64,000 nucleotides of DNA, from positions 19,085-83,084 of the forward strand of contig JANMQY010000030.1 of the NCBI GenBank assembly GCA_031370785.1. The letters are read 5' to 3'. Position numbers and translations under genes: made by a program. The notes beneath the pieces are model-generated. The model ran no database searches and was not told where the DNA came from. It saw only the letters and a list, made by a program, of their open reading frames with translations. Every line of letters begins with the position of its first letter. Position 1 is the first letter of the stretch. Source of the DNA: Candidatus Eiseniibacteriota bacterium. Lineage in GTDB: Bacteria > Eisenbacteria > RBG-16-71-46. Positions 38,591-48,746 of the stretch are shown here, one piece after another.

Positions 38591-41500
38591 CTACTCCCCG
38601 GCCATCTGCACCAGCGGCGGCGGCACCACGCCCGCCTGCTGCGCGGCCTTCGCGACCTTGAGCGGGACCAGCTTCGCGAACGCTTCGGAGAAGTGCCAGC
38701 GCTTCCACACACCTTCGAGGCGTAACGTGAGGTGCTCGCCCTCGATGCGCAGCGGAATGCCGCGGCGCCTGGCTTCGCGCGAGAGCAGCGGCGCGACGTC
38801 ACGGGTCCACTCCTCGGGCGAGGTCGCGGTCAGTACGTTGCCGCGATATTGCGCCGGATCGAGCTTCACCTCGGGGTCGAACACGAACACGCGCCCGGCG
38901 GCCGCGCCCGACATGAAGAACTTGGCGGAGTAGGGCCGGGGCCTGAGCGAGAGCTCGCCCTTCGCATCGGGCTTCCGCAGGCCCATCACGATGTGCAGCG
39001 AGTTGTCGCCGCCCGACATCAGGTACTCGAATGCGTACTCGTTGGGCGAGCCGAAGTGAACGGTCTTGAGCCCGGGCGCCGGGGTCTTGCCGTCGGCGAG
39101 GAACACCTTGTTCTGTCCGGCCACCGCGAAGCGCGAGCCCGAGTCCCACAGGCTGATCGTGCCGCCGTGCGCCGAGTACATGCTGGTGTTGAGTACGTCC
39201 TGCAGCACGAACAGGTAACCGGAGTCCGCCTTCATGCCCTGGTGGCTCTGCCCCTGTCCGTACAGCCAGATCTCGGCGCCCTCGAGCAGCGCGCCGATGA
39301 AGTCGCCGAACTCGCGCCCGTAGAGCTCGATCGTGACGCCCTTCGCCGGGCTGCTGTCCGGATTCGCCAGGTTCGTTCCCACGTAGCGCGGGCCACCGAT
39401 GAAGTCGTAGCCGATCAGGTTCTTCCACCCGAGGCGCACCGCTTCGCTCACGATCCGCGAAGCGGAGTTGAGCCCGAACGACTCGCTCGCGAACCCGGCG
39501 AAGTCGATGACGAGCACATCGCGCACCGGATCGTTGGGCGACGCCAGATCGTCGCGCGTGTCGAGCGTGAGCCGGCCGTAGCGCCCGACGCCGCGAGTCG
39601 GATGCGACAGCACATCGAACAGCAACGGCAACTGGTCGAGGATGCGGTAGAGCCCGCCCTCAGCCTCTCCCATCCCGCCACCCTCTGGCGCCGCTTTGCG
39701 TCCGCCGTCCGTCAGGTACTCGACGCTCGAGAGCGCCTTGCCGCCCAGATCGCAGAAGGCGAGTCGCTTGCGCAGCTCGGTGAGAATGCGGATCGCCGCC
39801 GGGCGGCGCGGATCGCTGTCGTGCGCAAAGGCGGGCAGCGCGACTTCGGCCAGCCAGCGCAGGCTCTCGAAGCTGAGCGCCTTTGCACCTCCGAGCACGG
39901 AATCGATCAGCTCGTTGGCCGGTGGTGGCAGCAGGTCGTCGGGCCCGAACATGCGCTTCGCGCTCATCGCGCCTGCGCCTTCCAGCGTTCGCGCGAGTTG
40001 TGAGAGGCGCTCCTCGACCATCGCGCGCCACGCGCCATCGGCGCGCTCGGCTACCTCTTCGAGCGGAGCGAAGAGATCCACCTTGGCGCCCGCGCGCTCG
40101 ACCAGCACCGGTTCGCCGAAGCGGTTGCGCAGATCGATCGTGCCGCTGCCGGGCTCAGTGAATGCTTCGAACACTCCGCCATGTTCGCGGCGTTGCGGGT
40201 TTCCTCCCGGGCGCATGCTGAAGCGCAGGTCGGCGGCCGCATCGCCGAGGATCCCTTGCTGGTGCAGCACGCGCAGCATGCTGTCCGCGATCTTGGCCTC
40301 GCTCCCGTTCGCCACGGCGCGCACGCCGCCGGCCGCGGAGTCGTGAGTCACGATGATCTCGTGCGGCCTCAGGAACTTGATGTCCATGTTCTCGCGGAAG
40401 CCGACCACGCGCGTCTCCGCGCCGCCGCCGGTGGGCACGCGCCGCGACTCGACGATCGTGAACTTGTACGGGCCGGTCGGAGTGAGCTGCACGTAGTTGG
40501 TCATGAGCAGGCGCAGCTTCGCCCTTCGATCCTCGTCCATGCCGGCGAGATCGAAGCCGGTGATCGGCGAGATGATCTGGGAAGCTTCCTCGGTGGTCAG
40601 CCCGAGCACGCGCCGCGTGAAGTCCACGAGGTACGCCGCATACTCGGTGTCGGTCAGCGCCTTTCGCGCGTAGACCGAATCGCCGTGGAATAGCTCGGCG
40701 CGTTCGCCCATGCTCGGATCGACGTGCACGTAGCCGAACTCGTTCAGGAACGGCGAGGTCGAATCGACCGCGACCTGCTCGCCGTTGTGCATGAGCAGCA
40801 CGTTGTACGCCTTGAACGGATGCGCGCCCGCGGGATTGCCGCGGCCTTCGGGGTCGATCGCCGGTGAATTGGTCGGATAGCGATGGTGCATGCCCCACAC
40901 GTGCGCGTAGAGCGCGGGCGTGGCGAACGTGTTTCCCTTCACCGTGACCTCGACGCCACCCTTCTCGGCCGCGCCCGGGTAGCCGGCCCAGAATCGATCG
41001 AAGTCGAAGTACTCGGGGATGGTGTGCGTCCAGCCCGAGATCTTGATCGCACCGAGATCCTCGCCCATCGAGACGACGAAGCCGCGGCGCTTGTCCGCAT
41101 ACATCCCTTCGGGCGCATCGACCGGCCTGTGCGTGCGGTAGTAGCGCGAGTCCAGGATGTGGGCGAGCGCGGTGAAGTACTCCTCGCGCACATCGGCGAT
41201 GAAGTCGCGCAGGCGGCGCCCGGTATCTCCACCGTCGGACCGATCGCCAGCGCGGGATCCGGCCTCCGCGTCGTCGAGCGCCGCCATCAGCGTCTCATCG
41301 CTCAGGTCGCCGTACTTGGTGCGGCGCTGCAGCCAGTGCGTGCTCGCGACCAGCGCCCGCCCATAGCGGCGCTGCACCTCGCGCTTGAGCTCCACGAAGA
41401 AGGTGTAGAAGTCGCCCGGGTTCTCACGCAGGTCCGCCAGTCTCCAGCCGTCCTCGCCGGCGTAGCGTTCGCGCACCGGCAGGCGGAACTCGAAGAGCCG

Positions 41501-44500
41501 GTCCTGCGCTTCGACCAGCGACATCTCGCTGCCCGCAGCGTCGAAGAACCGGCAGCCGTCGAGATGCATGAGCATCTCCCGCATCGAATCCTCGCGATCC
41601 GGTCCGATGGTGTTGAAGATCAGGCAGGTCTTCTCGCGCAGCGCGGCGGGCGCAAAGCCCGCGAAGTCGATTCCGCCGCCGCGGTTGTTTCCGCCGTTGA
41701 ACGAGCGGCACGCCGACTCCCAGATCGCGTGCACCGTGACCGGCTCGGTGACCGCGAGCGAGCCGACGCGGCACGAGTCGTGGTCGGCTTGGGCGCGCAC
41801 TGGCGCCTTGGCCGGCTCGTGCCGCGGCATCACCAGCAGATCGGTGCGCCCGCGCAGCTCGCGGATGTCGCGGATCATCAGCTCGGGCCGGGCTTCGAGC
41901 GCGTTGGCATCGAGCGCTCCGCTCTCGCGGTTCAGCGCGTCGATGAGCACCGCGAGCTTGACCATGTTGAGCGCGGTCCAGTTGCGGAATCGCGAGCGCA
42001 TCAGCGCGCGGTCGTTCTGCAGCGTCAGTTCGGGCTTGGTGGTGATGCCGCCGCGCGGGCAGTCGAGGTGGCAGTTGCCGCACTGGTTGCAGCCGAACGC
42101 CACCGCCTTGCCGATGCTCGCCTCCATCAGCGCGTCGGCGCCGGCGATCAGCACCTTGAGCATGTCCATCTCGCCGCGGATGCCGCCCGAGGCGAACAGC
42201 CGCGTGCCGCCGCCCGCGCCGAACGGCGCGCCGTTCAGGTCTCGGATGCTCCTGAGCTCGCCGCTCCGGTCGAGATCCACCTTCTCGTGCACCAGCGCGT
42301 GATGGGTGTGCAGGATGCTGCGGAAGATGTCGGGCCAGCCAACGTGCGAGGAATCCGCGTGGTAGTTGCCCGAGCCGCCGAGTCCCGCGTCGATGAGCAG
42401 GTAGTCGACCACGAAGTTCGACCACATGCCCGCCGCCACGTAGCGCGTGTAGTTGGAACCGGTGATCTTGATGCCGCAGTGGTTGTGATACAGCAGCCAC
42501 AGCCACACTTCGGAGGGCATGTCCTCGATCGAATAGATGTCGTGCTTGGGATCCGGCGAGAGCGCATCGGTGCCGACCGGAATGCTGCGCGCGCGGCTCA
42601 CTGTCGGAGTCACCTTCGCGCCCGAGAGCCGCCCGCCCTTGCCGGGCTTCGCACCCTGATTGATCTTGATCTCGACATCGAGCACGCGGCGCAGGTCGGC
42701 GGCGTGGATGCCGAAGTGTCCGCTCGCCGCCTGCATGCTCTCCCACTTCATGTCCTCGTCGCTCGCGAGCCGGATCGGACCGCCTTCGCCCGACGAGGTC
42801 ATCGCGAGGCCCGCGTTGCCCTCGACGCGCGCGGTGAGGAAGTCTTCGGATGCGGCCCCGAGCGAGATGCTCGAGTGGTTGACCGGTCCATGCCACACCG
42901 GCTCGCGGAATCCGAACCCGGATAGCACGAGGCCGCCCCTTGGATCGCGGCGCACCGTGATCGTGCCGTTCACCGAAGCGCGGAGCAGGGAGAGGCCGTG
43001 CCCGCCGTGCCCGGCCGCAGTGAGCTCGACGGTGCTATCCCCGCCCTCGGGATCGCGCGCGACCAGCCACAATGGCTTCTCTCCGGCAAGCACCGCTTCG
43101 AGCGCGTTCCCTTTTTCGAGCTTCATTTCGAATCCGCCTCGCGCATCCGCGGTGAACGAGATCAGCGGGGTTCCGAGCTCTCCCGCCGCGATCGTGACTT
43201 CGGCGCGCGGCGCGACCGCACCCGGGCGATTGAAGCCACGCGGCACCGCGAGCGAGATGTAGTCGAGCAGCGAAGGATCGTGTTTCAGGCGGTCGAGCGA
43301 CCAGGCCAGCGATTCGCGAGAGAGTCTGACCCCGATCGCATCGAGCGAGAACGCGCCCATGTCGCTCTCCATGAAGAAGTCATCCACCGTCGGTATCTCG
43401 CCCGCCGCCATGCGGTAGATCACCTCGAGGAAGTCGGCGTTCAGGTTCCGGTTGGAATTCTCGAGATGATAGTTCGCATTGCGATGCGCGAGGATCCTGG
43501 CGGCGTGCACCAGCGGCAGATCCGCGCGGATCTCGCGCAGCAGGGCCGAGACGCGGAAGCGCTCGCGAATCCCGCGCGGAACCGGCTCCGCGGCGAGGCG
43601 CCGCGCGTTGAGCGCCACGTTGGTGGCCGCGAACTCGGGCGTGGCCAGCGCGTCGACCTCGCGCACCCAGTCCTCGGTGAGCGTGATCGCCATGGTGTTG
43701 CCCGAAGTCTTCTGGATGTCATCGATGCCCATGCACGACAGGAAGTCGAGAATGCTGTGCTGCCAGCAGGTGAGCGTATGCAGCGCCTCGTCGCGCAGCT
43801 CTTCGGGATCGAAGCCGCGCAGCTTGGCCACGATCGGCGCGGGATCGGCGCCGTCGTACACGTCCACCAGCTCGGGCAAGAGCGCCAGGCCGGCGAGGTG
43901 CGTCATGGCGCCGCCGTTCGCGCCGAGCAGCACCGATTCGTAGACCGTCGCGGCCGAGGACTGCGTGTCGTGATCCCCGCCCGCGGAGACCAGCTGCACA
44001 CGCGCGCGCAGGAACCGGGTCTTGAGGAAGTTGTCGATCAAGGGCGTGAGCCGCCAGCTCTTCTCGGCGGCGGTGTGGTAGTGGATCATCGCGACGCCGT
44101 CGGTGCGGGCCGCGTTCTCCAGCGCTTCCCAGAATCCTTCGCCGAGCCGCAGGTAGACCGAAACCAGCACTTCCGGATTCACTGCGCGGAGCGCGGCGAC
44201 GTGCGCGGCCAGATCCGCGCTCCACACCGCCTCGACCAGTCGCGCCGAGGCCAGCGCCTCGGTGAGCGTGACCGCATGGGCGGTCGGCGCGGCCAGATCC
44301 GCGACGTGCCTTGGCTCGAGGCGCAGCATCAGGTTCTCGACGTGCGGGCGCAGCGCGGCGTTGTGCTCGAGGTAGCGGTCGGCCTCGACCACCACCAGCG
44401 AGCGGGTGTGCAGGTCGTTCGCGTCGTCAGCCGCCGCAATCGCCTCGAGGTAGGCGCGCTCGATCGTCTCGCCGTCGCCGTAGGGAATCGGACCCACGAT

Positions 44501-45064
44501 CATTGGCATGTCGAGCCGCACCGAACGCAGCGGCAGCCGGGTCTGGCCCTCGGCGGTGCGGAACAGCACCGCCGGATGCTTGCGCACGATGTCCCACGCG
44601 GTCGAGAACTCCTCGCGCAGTCCGTCGTTGGCCGGATGCGTGATCGCGGCGTGCGAGAAGTAGGCGCGCCAGTAGCCGTAGTGCCACGCCGCGCCCAGGG
44701 TGAGCGGCTCGCTGCGGAAGCGCTCCTTGATCACCTTCTCGAGATCGAACGAGGTGATGCCGAGCTGCGGGATCTCGCGCGACACGCGCGAATACCTGGC
44801 GAGAAACGCGCGCCCGCGCTGCCCGCGCGACATCTTCCAGAACGCGTCTTCGGAAATGTCGTGGCGTTCGAGCAGATACGACAGCAGCGCGCGCTTGGGC
44901 TTGCGGTCTTCGACCTGCGGGCTCTCGGGATCGACGATCAGTGTGAGCAGATCCTCCCACACCGCGAGCTCCTCGCGGAATGCCGCGCCTTTGCGCCTTC
45001 CGTTCCCCGCGCCGTCGCCGTTGCCGCGAAGCTCCTCCGCGATCCGCTCGATGCCGATGCTCAC
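38591..45064 (-). CDS. Domain-permuted glutamate synthase large-subunit-like protein (2157 aa)
   Basis: GEGG, QAASGHFG, EIKINQGAKPG, HDIYSIED and a Cys cluster; then HDSC, HHRYPT, AHPF, HNGE and TDTE; then a GltB3-like region. GTGA overlap with the upstream gene. Confidence 0.88.
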   Translation of the reverse strand: MSIGIERIAEELRGNGDGAGNGRRKGAAFREELAVWEDLLTLIVDPESPQVEDRKPKRALLSYLLERHDISEDAFWKMSRGQRGRAFLARYSRVSREIPQLGITSFDLEKVIKERFRSEPLTLGAAWHYGYWRAYFSHAAITHPANDGLREEFSTAWDIVRKHPAVLFRTAEGQTRLPLRSVRLDMPMIVGPIPYGDGETIERAYLEAIAAADDANDLHTRSLVVVEADRYLEHNAALRPHVENLMLRLEPRHVADLAAPTAHAVTLTEALASARLVEAVWSADLAAHVAALRAVNPEVLVSVYLRLGEGFWEALENAARTDGVAMIHYHTAAEKSWRLTPLIDNFLKTRFLRARVQLVSAGGDHDTQSSAATVYESVLLGANGGAMTHLAGLALLPELVDVYDGADPAPIVAKLRGFDPEELRDEALHTLTCWQHSILDFLSCMGIDDIQKTSGNTMAITLTEDWVREVDALATPEFAATNVALNARRLAAEPVPRGIRERFRVSALLREIRADLPLVHAARILAHRNANYHLENSNRNLNADFLEVIYRMAAGEIPTVDDFFMESDMGAFSLDAIGVRLSRESLAWSLDRLKHDPSLLDYISLAVPRGFNRPGAVAPRAEVTIAAGELGTPLISFTADARGGFEMKLEKGNALEAVLAGEKPLWLVARDPEGGDSTVELTAAGHGGHGLSLLRASVNGTITVRRDPRGGLVLSGFGFREPVWHGPVNHSSISLGAASEDFLTARVEGNAGLAMTSSGEGGPIRLASDEDMKWESMQAASGHFGIHAADLRRVLDVEIKINQGAKPGKGGRLSGAKVTPTVSRARSIPVGTDALSPDPKHDIYSIEDMPSEVWLWLLYHNHCGIKITGSNYTRYVAAGMWSNFVVDYLLIDAGLGGSGNYHADSSHVGWPDIFRSILHTHHALVHEKVDLDRSGELRSIRDLNGAPFGAGGGTRLFASGGIRGEMDMLKVLIAGADALMEASIGKAVAFGCNQCGNCHLDCPRGGITTKPELTLQNDRALMRSRFRNWTALNMVKLAVLIDALNRESGALDANALEARPELMIRDIRELRGRTDLLVMPRHEPAKAPVRAQADHDSCRVGSLAVTEPVTVHAIWESACRSFNGGNNRGGGIDFAGFAPAALREKTCLIFNTIGPDREDSMREMLMHLDGCRFFDAAGSEMSLVEAQDRLFEFRLPVRERYAGEDGWRLADLRENPGDFYTFFVELKREVQRRYGRALVASTHWLQRRTKYGDLSDETLMAALDDAEAGSRAGDRSDGGDTGRRLRDFIADVREEYFTALAHILDSRYYRTHRPVDAPEGMYADKRRGFVVSMGEDLGAIKISGWTHTIPEYFDFDRFWAGYPGAAEKGGVEVTVKGNTFATPALYAHVWGMHHRYPTNSPAIDPEGRGNPAGAHPFKAYNVLLMHNGEQVAVDSTSPFLNEFGYVHVDPSMGERAELFHGDSVYARKALTDTEYAAYLVDFTRRVLGLTTEEASQIISPITGFDLAGMDEDRRAKLRLLMTNYVQLTPTGPYKFTIVESRRVPTGGGAETRVVGFRENMDIKFLRPHEIIVTHDSAAGGVRAVANGSEAKIADSMLRVLHQQGILGDAAADLRFSMRPGGNPQRREHGGVFEAFTEPGSGTIDLRNRFGEPVLVERAGAKVDLFAPLEEVAERADGAWRAMVEERLSQLARTLEGAGAMSAKRMFGPDDLLPPPANELIDSVLGGAKALSFESLRWLAEVALPAFAHDSDPRRPAAIRILTELRKRLAFCDLGGKALSSVEYLTDGGRKAAPEGGGMGEAEGGLYRILDQLPLLFDVLSHPTRGVGRYGRLTLDTRDDLASPNDPVRDVLVIDFAGFASESFGLNSASRIVSEAVRLGWKNLIGYDFIGGPRYVGTNLANPDSSPAKGVTIELYGREFGDFIGALLEGAEIWLYGQGQSHQGMKADSGYLFVLQDVLNTSMYSAHGGTISLWDSGSRFAVAGQNKVFLADGKTPAPGLKTVHFGSPNEYAFEYLMSGGDNSLHIVMGLRKPDAKGELSLRPRPYSAKFFMSGAAAGRVFVFDPEVKLDPAQYRGNVLTATSPEEWTRDVAPLLSREARRRGIPLRIEGEHLTLRLEGVWKRWHFSEAFAKLVPLKVAKAAQQAGVVPPPLVQMAGE

Positions 45065-47721
45065 CGGGGCACCTGCTTCCGGAAATCTTCGAGCGCCATG
45101 AACCACTCGCGGGTCGGCGCCTCCATCACGCGCAGCGTCTGCCCGCCGTTCAGGTGATTGGCCGGGCACACTTCGACGCAGGTGCCGCAGCCGATGCACA
45201 GCTCCTGCTCGGTGGTGATCCAGCGCGGGTCCAAGCCCTCGTACTCCTTGTTGGCCGCGGTCGGACACACCGCGACGCACGCCGCACAGTGAATGCACGT
45301 CGCCGCGGGGCCGGCGTCCGCCTCGGCGCGCAACAGCACGTAGCGCGTGGTGCCGGCGAGCGCGGCCGGCGTGCGCTTCTGGTAGCCGCCCGGGCGGACG
45401 TTCAGGAAGTCGCGCGTGTAGCGGGTCGAGCCGCGCAGCGTGGTGAGGATCGCTTCGTGACGCTCGCGGCGCCTCGGGCGTGCGGCATCCGATGCCTGCT
45501 GCATGGCCTGGTAGAGCGGCAGGTGCGGGATGCCGGCCTGGCAAACCTCTTCGCAGTTGCCGCAGCGCATGCAAAGGTCGAGCAGCGTGCTGCCGACTTC
45601 GCTCACGCCTTCGCCGGCGTGCATCGCCTCGCCCAGATGCGTGAGCATCTGCGGGAGGCGGATCTTCGATTCGTGGAAGATCGGACATACGCTGTTGCAC
45701 TCGCCGCAATTGACGCAGTTGAGCGCGCGCGCCGATGCTGCCTGCGCGCCGTCGATCGCGGAGGCGGGCATGTCTGCATCAGCATCGACCGGCGGCACCG
45801 CGAACCGGGCGCCGACCAGCGCCGGCTCGCCCCGACCCCGCGCCGGACCGGGAAGTGCGCGCAGTACTGCGCGCGCCGCGCGCACCAGCCATGCGACCGC
45901 CGGCGCTTCGCTCGCGCCGCGCATTACTGATACTCCGGGAACGAAGCTGCCCGCGACCAGCGCACCGAGCACACCGTGCAGGCGCAGGCCGAGACGCACG
46001 CCGCGGTTGAGCAGCGCGCGCGGATCGAGACCGCGCTTGATGCCGGCGAAGCGCTTCGCCTCCGCCTTTCCCACCTGCCGCGAGAGCCACGCCGCCTGCC
46101 AGCGCCCGAGCACGTAAGGCCGGCCCTGATGGCGCGCCATCGCGAGGTCGACCAGCGCCGGGGCGAGCAGCAGGTCGACCGCGAATGCGCCGCTGCGATG
46201 GTCGGTGAGATAGCCGCCGATCACGAGCGCGGTCCCCTCGGCGAGGAAGTACACCTCGGCGTCCAGCTCGTTGCCAGTGTTGTGCGCGAGCCGCGTGGCG
46301 CGCGGAAGAAATCCCGCGACTTCCGAAGCAGGCATCAGGATCTCGGCGGCCAGAAGCCCGGGCCCAAGCCGCTTGGTCTGCTGCGGCTTGAAGCGCTCGG
46401 CCGCAAAGCGCGCGCTGTCCGCATCGAGCACGCGCGGACGCCACGGACAGCTCCTCAGCAGCACCGCGAATGCGCGCGCCTCTTCGATGCTCAGGAAATC
46501 GACGAACAGGTAGGCCGCGCCCACGCTGTCGGGCGCGATCGTGGCGCCGAGCTTGCCCGGCGCGACGATGCGGGTCCACGGCAGGTGCGTGTCCGTGGAG
46601 AGCGCGCTCGGCGCGGTGCGCCACGTGCGCGAATCCTCGTCCTGCCACACCCGGCGCGTGTGGTGCATGTGCGAGGCGGAGAGCAGCTTCACGTTCGCCG
46701 GGCGCGCCGCCTGGTTGGCGCCGATCCAGCCCACCGCTTCGAGCGCATCGCTCTGCGAATCGAAGGCCAGCAGGAACGCGCCGATCTCGGGACGCTTTTC
46801 GACCGCGACCGTCAACTGCAGCACCAGCCCGAGCACACCCTCGCTGCCCGCGAGATCCGCGAGCGTCATCGGCTGGAGTGCGCGCTCGGCAAACCAGGCG
46901 GCGCTCTCGCCGGCCGCGACCGTCCGGCGCTTCAAGCCCTCGTCCGGCACGTCGAGCCGCCCGTCATCATGGAATCTCACGTGCTCGCCGTCCGGCAGCA
47001 CGACATCGGCGGCGCGCACGTTGTCCAGCGCGCGGCCGCGGCCGAACGCGTTCATGCCGATCCCACCGGTCACGAACCAGCCGGCGAGCGTGCCGCCGAG
47101 ATTCGACGGATAGACGCGGAGCGCGAGCCCCCGCTCGGCGAGCTTCGCATGAACGGTGCGCAGCCGCGCACCGGCGCCGACCACCACCACGCCCGAGCCG
47201 GGCTCGATGTCGATCGTGTCGAGGCGCGACAGGTCGAGCGTCAACCCCGCGTCGTTCGGCACCGCGCCACCCATCGCGGTCGAAGCCGCGCCGCGTAGCG
47301 TGACCGGCACGTTCGACTCGCGCGCCCAGCGCAATGCGCGGGTGCACTCGGCGAGGTTGACCGGCTGGAAGATCACGTCCGGAACCGCGCTCGTCAGCGT
47401 GCGGGTGAACATCCTGCCCAGATAGACGTTCTGATCGCGATCCGCCTCGGTGCGCAGGAACGCGTCCGTGACGATCCGCTCGCTCAGCGAGGCCGAGACG
47501 CCATCCTTCTCGGCATCGGTGCTGAGCGCGGTGTGCAGGGCCTGCGCCAGCAGGAGCGTGCGCTCAGGAGCGCGGCGCTGATCGAGAGCGACGCCCTCGT
47601 CGAAGAAGAAATTGAGGTCGGAGATGCGTTCGCGCTTCGCGGCCGCGCGCGGGTCGGAGGTTGGCCCCGGTGCTGCGTCGGGCGGCCGGCCGAGGGTCTT
47701 CTCGAGAGTGGAGTCGGTCAT
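45061..47721 (-). CDS. FAD-linked (VAO/PCMH) oxidoreductase with four CxxCxxCxxxC Fe-S motifs
   Basis: PDVIFQP, RGAAS, GSEGVLG, LDPRALLN; CVNCGECNSVC, CMRCGNCEEVC, CIHCAACVAVC and CIGCGTCVEVC. Confidence 0.9.
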   Translation of the reverse strand: MTDSTLEKTLGRPPDAAPGPTSDPRAAAKRERISDLNFFFDEGVALDQRRAPERTLLLAQALHTALSTDAEKDGVSASLSERIVTDAFLRTEADRDQNVYLGRMFTRTLTSAVPDVIFQPVNLAECTRALRWARESNVPVTLRGAASTAMGGAVPNDAGLTLDLSRLDTIDIEPGSGVVVVGAGARLRTVHAKLAERGLALRVYPSNLGGTLAGWFVTGGIGMNAFGRGRALDNVRAADVVLPDGEHVRFHDDGRLDVPDEGLKRRTVAAGESAAWFAERALQPMTLADLAGSEGVLGLVLQLTVAVEKRPEIGAFLLAFDSQSDALEAVGWIGANQAARPANVKLLSASHMHHTRRVWQDEDSRTWRTAPSALSTDTHLPWTRIVAPGKLGATIAPDSVGAAYLFVDFLSIEEARAFAVLLRSCPWRPRVLDADSARFAAERFKPQQTKRLGPGLLAAEILMPASEVAGFLPRATRLAHNTGNELDAEVYFLAEGTALVIGGYLTDHRSGAFAVDLLLAPALVDLAMARHQGRPYVLGRWQAAWLSRQVGKAEAKRFAGIKRGLDPRALLNRGVRLGLRLHGVLGALVAGSFVPGVSVMRGASEAPAVAWLVRAARAVLRALPGPARGRGEPALVGARFAVPPVDADADMPASAIDGAQAASARALNCVNCGECNSVCPIFHESKIRLPQMLTHLGEAMHAGEGVSEVGSTLLDLCMRCGNCEEVCQAGIPHLPLYQAMQQASDAARPRRRERHEAILTTLRGSTRYTRDFLNVRPGGYQKRTPAALAGTTRYVLLRAEADAGPAATCIHCAACVAVCPTAANKEYEGLDPRWITTEQELCIGCGTCVEVCPANHLNGGQTLRVMEAPTREWFMALEDFRKQVPR

Positions 47722-47890
47722 CCCGGTGGGTTCGGGGAAGGCGCGAGCCGCCGAAGGGCCTCACGGGGCCGTTCCGTGCGACGAACACGCAGGAAATGCG
47801 CCTGATCGGGCGCATGTGGCTGCGTGAACCGGGGGACTATAACAGAGGGGGTGCGGCGGGTCACACCCGGCGGCGTGCGCCGGATGCGCG

Positions 47891-48724
47891 CTACTTCCCC
47901 ATCAGAATCGCGGTCACGTTGATGAACGACAGCACGAAGCCCGCCGCGGTGACGAGCAGCAGGCCCAGCGCTAGCAGTTGCACGCCCAGGCTCTCGCGCT
48001 TGTCGTCGTTGAAGCGCATCGCTTCGGCGATCACCCAGCCGCCGGCGAAGCCGCCGGCGTGCGCCCAGATGTTCACGTTGCTCATCGTGAAGCCGAGCAC
48101 GAAATTGATGATGACCCAGGGCCATAGCTGGCGCGTAAGCATGGTGTGGCCGACCCGCCGCCCGTACACGATGAGCGCGGCGAACAGGCCAAAGATGCTG
48201 CCCGAGGCGCCGACCGTCGCCGAGCCGCTCACCAGGTTCGAAAGCACGAAGCCCGCCGCACCGCTCAGGCTGAAGATCACGAACGCTCGCGCCGGGCCAT
48301 AGACCTGATTCACGCCGGGGGCAAGATTTCGCACGATCATCAGGTTGAAGAAGATGTGGAGCAGGCTGCCGTGCAGGTAGATCGCGGTGAAGACGGTCCA
48401 CCACCAGCCCTGCCGCCACGCGATGCCGCCGGTCATGCCGAGCTGATACAGCGCCTGGTTGCCGGGCGCGAGGATGTTGAAGAGTCCTCCGCCGCCCGAG
48501 AGGATCGCGTCGGGCTGGAGCAGGAGCGAAGCCACGTAGAGCGTGACGCACGCAACCATGATCAGCCGGATCACGTCGAACTGGCGTCCGAAGAAGCGCT
48601 GAACCACGGGCGCCCATCCGTAGAGTCCCGGGCGCCACGCGCCACAGAACGGACAGCGCTCTTCGCTGACGCTGATGAGTTTCCCGCACGAGGGGCACAG
48701 CATGGAACCCTGGTTCTTGCGCAT
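47891..48724 (-). CDS. Rhomboid intramembrane protease with an N-terminal zinc ribbon
   Basis: CPSC/CPFC, HxxxxHxxxN, GASG and AHAGG. Confidence 0.92.
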   Translation of the reverse strand: MRKNQGSMLCPSCGKLISVSEERCPFCGAWRPGLYGWAPVVQRFFGRQFDVIRLIMVACVTLYVASLLLQPDAILSGGGGLFNILAPGNQALYQLGMTGGIAWRQGWWWTVFTAIYLHGSLLHIFFNLMIVRNLAPGVNQVYGPARAFVIFSLSGAAGFVLSNLVSGSATVGASGSIFGLFAALIVYGRRVGHTMLTRQLWPWVIINFVLGFTMSNVNIWAHAGGFAGGWVIAEAMRFNDDKRESLGVQLLALGLLLVTAAGFVLSFINVTAILMGK

Positions 48725-48746
48725 GGCTCTCCTTAGTGCGATCTCA

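Noticed and set aside
45065..45709. N-terminal extension making the large ORF 2372 aa
   Set aside because: It overlaps the Fe-S end of the upstream gene in another frame; the GTGA-coupled start at 45064 is more plausible.
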